DNA of 62,962 bases, counting the filler, from Octopus bimaculoides (lineage: Eukaryota), in assembly GCF_001194135.2 (NCBI RefSeq). It is 5 parts of 5 records of this genome, joined end to end, with 100 filler letters (N's around TTAATTAATTAA, not from the genome) between each part and the next. Parts side by side here need not be neighbours in the genome. Positions count along the whole stretch, not along the records: positions 11,203 to 28,350 come from NC_068987.1; positions 28,451 to 40,075 come from NC_068982.1; 3 more parts are not named here. One strand, given 5' to 3'. Of the stretch, positions 25,897 to 36,948 are shown one piece after another. Position 1 is the first letter of the stretch. Each line of letters opens with the position of its first letter. The notes below the pieces were generated by a model. That model did no database searches and was not told the DNA's origin. It saw only the letters and a program-made list of their open reading frames with translations. The translations under genes were made by a program, and so were the position numbers.

Positions 25897-27842
25897 ACTT
25901 TTAGTTCATCTTATTCACGTTTGTTAAACTTTCCGCCCTGTTTGAAATTCACATCGACCTTATCTGACACATCCAACAACTTCTTAGAAATTTCCGTTTC
26001 CATTGATCACCTGCTTCTATCTTTCTGCATCAGTCTATAACAGTACCACTAACGTCTGCTGTTACCTCAATTTCTCTTTTACCGTCCTCCTCATGCCAAA
26101 TTAGCTGCCGTTTTTCTCAATTCTTCCTTCTCTAGCACCCTGTAACCATAAATATAATTTTGAGAGCCCCGCGTCTTCCTCACACGGAGTTGCTACCAAC
26201 TTGTTCTCGACGTGGCCAACTCCCGAACTGTTGATACTAACCCCAATACTTCCATCTTACTCTGTGCTCACCAGCTACCTTTTTATATTCCTCACCTTTT
26301 ACATTCAGTCACCTGGCCACTCCAACATGCTGTCCTTTGCAATTTCCGCGTCTCCAATGTTATCAAGCAACTTCTGCCATTTTTCTCGAACTCCCTCTTC
26401 CCATCATTGGAAGGGATCATAAGTTACATAAGCTTCTTGTGGGCAGTTCTTCACATTTTATACATCCTGTTTGGAACATACGCTTGTATGAATTCCTATT
26501 GTAATATTTCTATCTTTATTTACAATTCGACTACTTACCTGAAGGCGCGTAGTTAAGGTATTTAGCTCATATCCATAAGGTCGACGGTTCGATAGAGAAT
26601 GTTTTGTTCGTAATAGTGATAAGTTGGATAGCGGGTGCGATTATGTATAGATGAGAGAGTTCGAAAGAATGAATGCACATGCCACTTGCCGTTTTTGCAT
26701 CATTAGTAGATTCGGTAGTTCACATCCTCCAATAGTCAGTCAATAAAGTGTTGCATTACTGCATTCGATTCTCTCTTTCTGACTGTGTGACACCTTCACT
26801 CCTGTTCGACCTGACTGTCTGGCACTCTACCTCTTGTTCGCTGCTCTTTTTTAAATCTGTTTGATTCAATGAAAACCTAACTAAGCTACAGTTACAGTCT
26901 TTCCAATTCGTATTTTGCAGATGTCACTCAATGAATTTCACATGCAGCTATTGAGCGTCATTGGTTTGTTTTTCTACGATCAAGAATCAGTTTCGACGCT
27001 ACAGTTTTTATTTTTATCTTTTTTTTTTACTACATTTGAAATAGAAATCTATTATGTAACGTATACTATATGTGCGTTAAACACTGAGTGATAAAGTGAG
27101 TCAACAGATGACTCCTATGACACACNNNNNNNNNNNNNNNNNNNNNNNNNNNNNNNNNNNNNNNNNNNNNNNNNNNNNNNNNNNNNNNNNNNNNNNNNNN
27201 NNNNNNNNNNNNNNNNNNNNNNNNNNNNNNNNNNNNNNNNNNNNNNNNNNNNNNNNNNNNNNNNNNNNNNNNNNNNNNNNNNNNNNNNNNNNNNNNNNNN
27301 NNNNNNNNNNNNNNNNNNNNNNNNNNNNNNNNNNNNNNNNNNNNNNNNNNNNNNNNNNNNNNNNNNNNNNNNNNNNNNNNNNNNNNNNNNNNNNNNNNNN
27401 NNNNNNNNNNNNNNNNNNNNNNNNNNNNNNNNNNNNNNNNNNNNNNNNNNNNNNNNNNNNNNNNNNNNNNNNNNNNNNNNNNNNNNNNNNNNNNNNNNNN
27501 NNNNNNNNNNNNNNNNNNNNNNNNNNNNNNNNNNNNNNNNNNNNNNNNNNNNNNNNNNNNNNNNNNNNNNNNNNNNNNNNNNNNNNNNNNNNNNNNNNNN
27601 NNNNNNNNNNNNNNNNNNNNNNNNNNNNNNNNNNNNNNNNNNNNNNNNNNNNNNNNNNNNNNNNNNNNNNNNNNNNNNNNNNNNNNNNNNNNNNNNNNNN
27701 NNNNNNNNNNNNNNNNNNNNNNNNNNNNNNNNNNNNNNNNNNNNNNNNNNNNNNNNNNNNNNNNNNNNNNNNNNNNNNNNNNNNNNNNNNNNNNNNNNNN
27801 NNNNNNNNNNNNNNNNNNNNNNNNNNNNNNNNNNNNNNNNNN

Positions 27843-27875
<33 letters not shown>

Positions 27876-27918
27876 CATACACATGTATAACTTAAATATC
27901 ATTCTACATACTCACACA

Positions 27919-27955
<37 letters not shown>

Positions 27956-28269
27956 GAACTGAAAAACTATACTTCAATGACGTCGGAAATTTCCCATAAT
28001 TTACACTCATCTTATCACCTTTTACTACAAATGCAGGATGTGTCTATACTATATCATCATCATTATCATCATCATAGTCGTCGTGGCTGTGGTCGTCGAC
28101 ATCAGCATCACAACAACCATCATCACCATCATCAACATCACCATCATCAACATCATCATCATCATCATCATCATCATTATCATCATCATCATCATCATCA
28201 ACATCATCATATATTTAATCTTATCCATTAATGGGAAACTACTCCAGTTATATATATTTGTGCGTATAT

Positions 28270-28343
<74 letters not shown>

Positions 28344-28350
28344 ACATACA

Positions 28351-28450
28351 NNNNNNNNNNNNNNNNNNNNNNNNNNNNNNNNNNNNNNNNNNNNTTAATT
28401 AATTAANNNNNNNNNNNNNNNNNNNNNNNNNNNNNNNNNNNNNNNNNNNN
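28351..28450. other. Artificial scaffold-joining spacer
   Basis: 44 N + TTAATTAATTAA + 44 N. Confidence 0.95.
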
Positions 28451-28544
28451 TATATATATACACACATAGATAGATAGATAGACATAAAACCAAAAAGGAA
28501 AAATTCATTTGTCACTATGCATATAACCCCCTTTGTTATTTCAT

Positions 28545-28790
28545 ATCATCATCATCATCATTGTCGTTTAACGTCCGCTTTCTGTGGTGGCATGGGTTGG
28601 ATGGTTTGACTGAGGGCTGGTGAGCCAGAATGCTGCACCAGGTGCCAATCCAATCTGGCAATGTTTCTACAGCTGGATACTCTTCCTAACGCCAACCACT
28701 ACGAGAGTGTAGTGGGTGCTTTTTATGTGCCACTGTCACGAGGGCCAGTCAAGTGGTACTGGCATTGGCCATGCTTGAATGGTGCTTTTC
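28545..28790 (-). mobile_element. RTE LINE 3' UTR fragment with (GAT)n tail
   Basis: Reverse complement of 31400-31650. Confidence 0.85.
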
Positions 28791-28934
28791 ACGTTACTTT
28801 TATCCTTTCGTGGGTCAGTTGAACCCTGGGGTAGCTGTAATTCACTATCCACGCTACCAGAGAAGTTCAGGCCTTGTGCCTATAATAGAAAGGCTTATTA
28901 TTATCATCATCATCATCATTATTATTATTATTAT

Positions 28935-29332
28935 TAGCATGCCGGGTGAAATGCTTAACAGTATTTCATCTGCTGCTATGTTCTGAGTTCAAATACTGCC
29001 AAGGTTGACTTTGCCTGGGGTCGATAAAATAAGTACCAGTTATACACTAGGGTTAATGTAATCAACTTAATCTCTTCCCCCAAATTTGAGGCCTTGTGCT
29101 TCCAGTAGAAAGGATTATTATTATTATCATTATTATTATTGTTAGCATGCCAGGCGAAATGCTTAGTGGTATTTCGTCTGCCACTATGTTCTGAGTTCAA
29201 ATACTACTGAGGTCAACTTTACCTTTCATCTGTTCGAGGTTGATAAAATAAGTACCAGTTGAACACTGGGATCAATGTAACTGACTCATCTCCTCCCCCA
29301 AAATTGCTGCCCTTGAGGCAAAATTTGAAATT
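28935..29332 (+). mobile_element. Two tandem SINE A copies, heavily CpG-decayed
   Basis: catg, gctgctatg, ctgccaagg and gttgac in place of consensus CpG sites. Confidence 0.85.
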
Positions 29333-29333
29333 A

Positions 29334-29370
<37 letters not shown>

Positions 29371-30354
29371 GATTATTATCATCTTATAATAATTCTGCTT
29401 GTTCCTCCATTACTTAGCCTGTCCATAATGCTTTCACATGACTAATTGAAGGGTGGTGGTGAGTGAAATGTGTAACTTTTTTTAATTAAGTTTTTTTTTC
29501 TCCATTACTTAACCTGCCTGTAATGCTTTCATGTGATTAGTTGAAGGGAAAGGCAGAGAGTGATAGAAAATGAGGCTAAGGTGAAGAGTGAGAGAGAAGG
29601 TGGGAAAGTGTTGTGTATTAAGTCAATAGAATTGTGAATAAAGTATATTTAGAGCATTAAGTAACTATCATATTCCAATTTCTTTCACTTTTCAATGAGT
29701 AGCAGATGAGCGACTATCTTTTGATACAGATACAACACAGGCTACACTTTAGGTTTTTTGGATAAAGTTTTCAGAAATAACTCAATAAGCTTATCATTAA
29801 TTCCATGAAATATTCATGGGTCCTGCTCGTTATTATTATTATAAATAGAATATATTTATTCAATGGATGTTGGGGAACATTTTACATATTATTGCTGTTA
29901 TTGTTGATGTGGTTCAATTCATGTCAGTCCTGAATGAGCAAATCCATGATCAAAGACACCTCTTGAGGAGGAATTTCAACCATGTTTCGTGGTCTGCTAC
30001 CACAACAGCTCCTTTATAGGATCCAGTTAGCTCAAGACATCATCAGGAGGAACCACGTCCGGTTTCGGCCCCTACTCTTCTACAATTTTGACGTGGCGGG
30101 GCCCCCACTTTTGGAGGTGTCTTCAGCTCTGGTGTTGGGTGCATGTCTTCTTTCTTTTATTCCCTGGCCTCTTCGATGTAGTGAACTACCTGACTGTAAT
30201 GTCATGCTGTTTTGCAGTTTAGTGTAATGTAACAACTTACTGTAATATAGAATAGGGTAGGAATATAGTATAATGTAAAGTAGTGTGGCAGTTAGTGTAA
30301 TGTAGAGTAGTGTAGCAGTTTAGTTCAATATAGGGTAGTATAATGTAATAGTGT

Positions 30355-31655
30355 GGGCATAGGTAGAAACTCTATAAGATGTACCCAGTGCAAGCTATGG
30401 ACACATAAGAGGTGCAGCAATATCAAAGGAAGGTTAACTAGGAAGTTAGTTTTGGTATGTGGCATATGTTCAGGAGCAATAAACACTGAAAATGTGCAGA
30501 AAAGAACTTAGGCCACATTCCAGGGAGAAAAACTAGACTTAATTGATAGCTTCCGCTATCTAGGTGACCAAGTTAGTAGTGGGGGAGGGTGCGCTGAAAG
30601 TGTAGCTGCTAGAATAAGAATAGCCTGGGCAAAGTTCAGAGAGCTCTTGCTTCTGCTGGTGACAAGGAGCCTCTCACTCAAAGTAAAAGGCAGACTGTAT
30701 GACGTATGTGTACGAAGAGCCATGTTTCATGGCAGTGAAACATGGGCCGTGACTGCTGAGGACATGCGTAGGCTCACAAGGAATGAAGCCAGTATGCTCC
30801 GATGGATGTGTAATGTCAGTGTGCATACTAGACAGAGTGTAAGTACTTTGAGAGAAAAGTTGAACCTAAGAAGCATCAGTTGTAGTGTGCAAGAGAGACA
30901 ATTGCACTGGTATGGTCATGTAGCGAGAATGGATGAGGATAGCTGTGTGAAAAAGTGCCACACCCTAGCAGTNNNNNNNNNNNNNNNNNNNNNNNNNNNA
31001 CTGAGGCGTTGACTTCTGACCGAGACCTTTGGAAATATGCTGTGCGTGAGAAGACCCGGCAAGCCAAGTGAGACCTAAATCCAAGGCCTCTGCCAGGGAT
31101 GTAGCCAGCCCACTTGTGTGTACCTTCCTTCATTGGACACTAAACTCCGCTTGTGAAGACCTGTTGAGGCAAGTGAAATCGAAATTGAACTAAATTCGAC
31201 AACTGGCACCCATGCCAACATCGTCTCCTTCACTGGACAAGAAACTTGGCTTGCGAAGACCTGTTGGAGAAAGCGAAAGCGAAATCGTGATGGCACCTGT
31301 GCCCAGCGTCGCCTTCCTGGCACTTGTGCCGGTGGCATGTGTAAAGACACTAGAGCAAGATCATTGCCAGTGCCGCCGGAGTGGCTGCTGTGCAGGTGGC
31401 ACATAAAATACACCATTTTGAGCGTGGCCATTGCCAGTACCACTTGACTGGCCTTCGTGCTGGTGGCACGTAAAAGCACCCACTACACTCTCCGAGTGGT
31501 TGGCATTAGGAAGGGCATCCAGCTGTAGAAACTCTGCCAAATCAGATTGGAGCCTGGTGTAGCCATCTGGTTCACCAGTCCTCAGTCAAATCGTCCAACC
31601 CATGCTAGCATGGAAAGTGGACGTTAAACGATGATGATAATGATGATGATGATGA
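30355..31655 (+). mobile_element. 5'-truncated RTE-clade LINE: ORF2 end (one stop at 30509), 3' UTR, (GAT)n tail
   Basis: CTQCKLWTHKRC..CGIC then DSFRYLGD..ARIRIAWAKFREL..KGRLYDVCVR..HGSETW..LHWYGHVARM. Confidence 0.92.
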
Positions 31656-31819
31656 ATACATTGTAGCTGTAATGTAAATGACTTAAAAGTTGAAATAATA
31701 TTATCTCTTGAATAACAGGAGTTCAAGGTTTCAAACAGAACATTTAGTGATTTCAATAGTGCATTTACATGAAATTTTTGAGTCACTAATGTAGCTTCTC
31801 AGCTATAAAAAATTTATGT

Positions 31820-32469
31820 AAAGAAGTGCTGATCTCTAACTGTGGGGGGAACCTGTGGTAGCAGCAGATCCAGGAAGACATGGGATGAGGTGGTGAAGCA
31901 TGACCTTTGAGCCTCACAGAGGCAATGACTGGTGACCGAGACCTTTGGCGATGTACTGTACTTGAGAGGACCCATCAAGCCAAGTGCACTCGTGCAAAAG
32001 AACATCTTTTGAATGTTGGGCCACATGGAGTCAAAGTGGCTGAATTCCTTTTGAGCATTGAGCCTGATGCAGGAAAAGTGGCTGGGTTTCTTTCGAGCGT
32101 TGGGCCTCACAGAGGCAAAGTGGCTGAGTTCCTTTTGAGTGTTGGACTGCATGGAGGCAATGACCAAAACCTTTGGCATTACGTCATGCTTGAGAAGAAG
32201 ACCCATCAAGCCGATCAAAATCGCAGTCATAGCAGATACTGGTGTCACTTGAATTGGCACCCATGCCAGTGGCATGTAAATGCACCCCGGTGTCACACAA
32301 ATATCGCCCATGCTGGTGGCACATAAACGCACCCATTACACTCTTGGAGTGGTTGGCGTTAAGAAGGGCATCCAACCATAGAAAACCAAGCCAAATCAGA
32401 CGAGTCTGGTGCAGCCTTCCAGAGTGCCAGCCCGGTCAAACCCATGCCAGCATGGACAATGGATGTTAA

Positions 32470-32513
<44 letters not shown>

Positions 32514-32518
32514 GATGA
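31820..32518 (+). mobile_element. RTE LINE 3' end with 42-bp tandem repeats and (GAT)n tail
   Basis: LTVGGTCG..RKTWDEVVKHDL..EAMTGDRDLW; tail catggacaatggatgttaaa(tga)n. Confidence 0.88.
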
Positions 32519-32717
32519 TATTATCTATAATCATAATTAACAGATGATATTCCTGAGTATTAATTAGAAAATTGTAAACAGAATGACAACTTGCACATTT
32601 TTATTCTTAATACATTCAAATATGCTAATTTCTGTTTTGTTTCTTCACAGAGTATCTCCTTCATGATGTGTTCATTCTGAGACAGTTGGTGTTTCAACAT
32701 CATTATGTCTTGTTAGG

Positions 32718-33412
32718 ATGTGGAGGCGCAATGGCCCAGTGGTTAGGGCAGCGGACTCACGGTCATAGGATCGCGGTTTCGATTCCCAAACCGGGTGTTG
32801 TGAGTGTTTATTGAGTAAAAACACCTAAAGCTCCACGAGGCTCCGGCAGGGGATGGTGGCGAACCCTGCTGTACTCTTTCACCACAACTTTCTCTCACTC
32901 TTACTTCCTATTTCTGTTGTGCCTGTAATTCAAAGGGTCAGCCTTGTCACACTGTGTCACGCTGAATATCCCCGAGAACTACGTTAAAGGTACACGTGTC
33001 TGTGGAGTCCTCAGCCACTTGCACATTAATTTCACGAGCAGGCTGTTCCGTTGATNNNNNNNNNNGTCATAGGATCGCGGTTTCGATTCCCAAACCGGGT
33101 GTTGTGAGTGTTTATTGAGTAAAAACACCTAAAGCTCCACGAGGCTCCGGCAGGGGATGGTGGCGAACCCTGCTGTACTCTTTCACCACAACTTTCTCTC
33201 ACTCTTACTTCCTATTTCTGTTGTGCCTGTAATTCAAAGGGTCAGCCTTGTCACACTGTGTCACGCTGAATATCCCCGAGAACTACGTTAAAGGTACACG
33301 TGTCTGTGGAGTCCTCAGCCACTTGCACATTAATTTCACGAGCAGGCTGTTCCGTTGATCGGATCAACTGGAACCCTTGACGTCGTAAGCGACGGAGTGC
33401 CAAGAGAGAGAG
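32718..33412 (+). mobile_element. Young SINE family C with 13-bp TSD atgtcttgttagg (true length about 390 bp)
   Basis: TSD at 32705-32717 and 33413-33425; tRNA-like head; 294 bp duplicated across a 10-N gap. Confidence 0.9.
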
Positions 33413-33849
33413 ATGTCTTGTTAGGTAGAAACAGCCTTGGTCAAAGAATTTTGTCATTTTATGATTTCAGTAAACAAACTGTTTGCTGATCCATGCTCAT
33501 ATCAGCCAAATAATAATAAATCATTATATGTATGGTAAACAAGATTCAAAACAAGGACTTATATGTGTATTCTTAAAACATTCCTGCAGATTTAAATGTA
33601 TATATGCTAATCAGTATTGTGCTTTGTCACAGGAGAACAGCTTCTCCTTTACGATAAATATGTGTTTATAATATACTTGATTCATTAGTACAGGGGATTC
33701 TGGGACAACTAGTGTTTTGACATTGTTGTGCCTTGTTAGCCAGGAGCAACCCAGGGACAAAAAATCTATTATTATTCCACAAACGAAAAAAATTTAGATT
33801 GAATATAAACAGGAAAAATGAGAAGCATAATCCAATGGTAATAGATGTA

Positions 33850-34190
33850 ATGTGATGATTGCTATGACTATTTGTATCCAGGAAATGGCATGGGATGAAT
33901 GGTTTGACTGAAGACTGGCAAGCCAGGAGGCTGCACCAAGCTCCGATCTGATCTGGCAAGGCTTCTACAGCTGGATGCCCTTCCAAACGCCAACCACTCT
34001 GAGTGGGTGCCTTTTATGTGCCACCGGCACAGGGGTCAGTCAGGTGGTACTGGCATTGACCACACTCAAATGGTCCTTTTTACATGCCACTGGCATGGGA
34101 GCCAGTCAGGTGGTACTAGCATCGACCACGCTTGAATGGTGCTTTTTATGGGCTACCGGCATGGGTGCCAGTCAGGTGGTAAGAAGTCCT
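33850..34190 (-). mobile_element. RTE LINE 3' UTR fragment
   Basis: Reverse complement of the RTE tail; repeated cagtcaggtggtac units. Confidence 0.8.
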
Positions 34191-34718
34191 GAAAATAAGG
34201 ACAGTCAGATGTAACTACAATTTGGTACTTCACTTTGACTTAATTTTTGTCATAATTTTCTTAATGGAGTATATTTTAATGAAATTTTGCATAGAGATGC
34301 TATGAAAGATCTAGATGACAATCATATTGAACTTTATACCTTTTTAAACCATTCTGCAATTCGCTCAAGATCATTACATACACAAAAAAGATCTATGATA
34401 GTAACCTGATTTATATTACTGATTATCAAAATGAAATTGGAAAGCATAATAAATAAAAATTCCCAGTTTATGTTCTTCATGCAATACAAATCAAAAGTAT
34501 ACAGTAACAATACTTACAATTTGAACTGAAATAAGCTAAATGAGCAATTTCTTTAATCATTCTCTCCAATTTCATGTTGATAATGAATAATATAAATAAA
34601 TATAATGTCATAACTTTTTTTTTTTTGTGCAAGGCAGCAAGCTGGCAGAAACGTTAGCACGCTGGGTGAAATGCTTAACTGTATTTCATCTGTCTTTATG
34701 TTTTATAGGCGTAGGAGT

Positions 34719-35218
34719 GGCTGTGTGCAGGCTGGAGAAGAGGTATCTGTCACAAGACAGATTCATGAGAAGATGGAAGCCGGTGGCGAGGAAGCTGGGA
34801 GTGTTTGGCACCAGGTAAGTGGGAGCCAAAAACAAGTTAAAGAAAAAGCAAGGGGTCTACCCTGGTGGTCGGATGCCTGTCCTTCAGGAAAGCCATTACA
34901 AATTGCATCTGTAATGAGCAATGCTTCAATCAAACATTGTAAATATAATCCAATTTTTATTGTATATTTAAAATTGTAAATATTTAATCGATACAGCTAC
35001 TTCACCCCTTTTATGTTTGTCTGTCCTTGTTGGTCCTATCTTTGTAATGCCTTTATGGCAAATATTTATGAAATAAAGTAGCTTGCTTACCAACCACATG
35101 GTTCTGGGTTCAGTCCCACTGCGTGGCACCTTGGGCAAGTGTCTTCTACTATAGCCTCGGACTGACCAAAGCCTTGTGAGTGGATTTGGCAGACGGAAAC
35201 TGAAAGAAGCCCATCGTA

Positions 35219-35260
<42 letters not shown>

Positions 35261-35472
35261 TGTGCATGTTTGTGTGTCTGTGTTTGTCCCCCCAACATCG
35301 CTTGGCAACTGTTGCTGGTGTGTTTACGTCCCCGTAACTTAGCAGTTCGGCAAAAGAGACCAATAGAATAAGTACTAGGCTTACAAAGAATAAGTCCTGG
35401 GGTCGATTTGCTCGACTAAAGGTGGTGCTCCAGCATGGCCGCAGTCAAATGACTGAAACAAGTAAAAGAGTA
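34719..35472 (+). mobile_element. SINE family B split at its A box by a Tx1-like 3' fragment
   Basis: ggcgtaggagtggctgtgtg at 34718 resumes as gtagcttgcttaccaacc at 35078. Confidence 0.85.
34738..35077 (+). mobile_element. L1/Tx1-like 3' end (ORF2 terminus + UTR + tail)
   Basis: RLEKRYLSQDRFMRRWKPVARKLGVFGTR*; tail tttgtctgtccttgtt...atgaaataaa shared with the SINE A long tail. Confidence 0.6.
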
Positions 35473-35850
35473 ATGACCTGAAGCAAATTATATAATGATA
35501 AAAAGACATTCATTTCTTTTCTTCCTGACTTTGTTTCCTCATATCTTTCAGAAAAATTGGTATTTTTTAATGACATTTTCTACAAATACCTTTTAGGTGG
35601 TGTACATTATGATGATGTTGGAATTGAATGTGGAAAAAAAAAATAGTGGGTGCACATTTACATACTGACACACATATATCTACAAAATGAAACTTGATAT
35701 TTTGAAAAATATTGTTAAGTGTGTTCATATGGATGTTTGCTTTTTCTTTAATTACATTCCTATGTAATCATAATCTACACCATCTGAAAGTTATTTGAAT
35801 AAAATTTAATAGAAAAACATCTGTTTTTCTGAAAGTCATGAAGATATAGG

Positions 35851-36232
35851 TGCATGGCTGTGTGGCAAGTAGCTTGCTTCCCAGCCACATGGTTCTGGGC
35901 TCAGTTCCACTGTGTGGAACTTTGGGCAAATGTCGTCTACTATAGTTGTGAGCCAACCAAAGCCTTGTGAGTGGATTTGGTAGACGGAAACTGAAAGAAG
36001 CCTGGTCGTATATATGTGTGTCTTTATGTCCATGTTTGTTTCCCCATCACCATTTGACAACCAGTGTTGGTATGTTTATGCCTTCATTACTTAGTGGTTC
36101 GGCAAAAGAGCAGCAGAATAAGTAGTACTAGGCTAAAGAAATAAGTTCTGGGGGTCAATATGTTTGACTAAAAACTCTTCAAGGCAGTGCTCCAGCATGG
36201 CTGCAGTCAAAATGACTGAATCGAGTAAAAGA
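35851..36232 (+). mobile_element. SINE family B, heavily CpG-decayed
   Basis: ttctggg, ctgtgtgg, ttagtgg and ggcagtg at consensus CpG sites. Confidence 0.85.
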
Positions 36233-36249
36233 ATAAAGTTGTTGGTTTC

Positions 36250-36291
<42 letters not shown>

Positions 36292-36449
36292 GTGTGTGTG
36301 TGTGCGTAGGGNNNNNNNNNNNNNNNNNNNNGTGTGTGTGTGTGTGTGTGTGTGCGTAGGGGGACTTCTGAAGGTATGTCTTGAAAGTGTAACTCTGTAA
36401 AAGTTCATTAACAAAAACATGCCTTTTAAAGACAATGAGTAAGCTTAAG

Positions 36450-36948
36450 TAGGGTGGGACGCGAAATTTTTTTCCTAAAAGTGTTCTGGACCCCAGTTAT
36501 GAACTCATTTGCATACAGCCAATCAGAGCTCATCTATCAAACTAATTTACAAGCGCATAACAAGTGATGGATGACAAGATAAGGTCACTTGTATTGTCCC
36601 TGTTTGTAAGCCCTTTATGGGTAATTAAAAATAAAAGATAAGGTCACTTGGGTAAGGAATGACCATGCTTCTTTCGTCTTTTAATAATGCTTGTTGTTCT
36701 TGTTCTTGTTTCAACCACGGCTGCCTCTGCATAGTTATTTGTGTTGTTTACTTTGTAAAGCAGTAAAGGGAGAAGGTTGCTTGCACATCACCCTCTACCC
36801 ATATTTTTCCCATCCACATCGTTACCATATGGGGCCCTAACAAAATCCGATAATAGGTATAGATGTAAATCTATCTAATTCTTGTCTCCTTCTGAAATTA
36901 GGCATAACTTGGCGATCGGTCGACTTACAACACCATTCTTTGTCTTGA
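36450..36948. mobile_element. MITE, partial, inverted relative to 57491-58070
   Basis: Begins tagggtg; collinear with the reverse complement of 57620-58070. Confidence 0.8.
36592..36634 (+). mobile_element. 43-bp retroposed 3' tail with 16-bp TSD
   Basis: aagataaggtcacttg at 36576-36591 and 36635-36650. Confidence 0.8.

Noticed and set aside
26530-26545. U1 snRNA-like acttacctg
   Set aside because: Similarity stops after 9 nt; better read as a minus-strand splice donor
29975-30055. Minus-strand CTGATGA...GAAAC hammerhead candidate
   Set aside because: Stem I does not pair, and stems II and III are broken
32722-32800. tRNA gene calls for SINE heads (families A-E)
   Set aside because: A and B boxes are present, but there is no complete cloverleaf and each continues into a SINE body
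32762-33359. Exact 294-bp tandem duplication in SINE C
   Set aside because: 100% identical around a 10-N gap; unmerged contig overlap
34719-34819. Apparent exon with ttttatag acceptor and cag|gtaagt donor
   Set aside because: Made of a SINE B head plus a Tx1-like ORF end; exonisation cannot be shown from sequence alone
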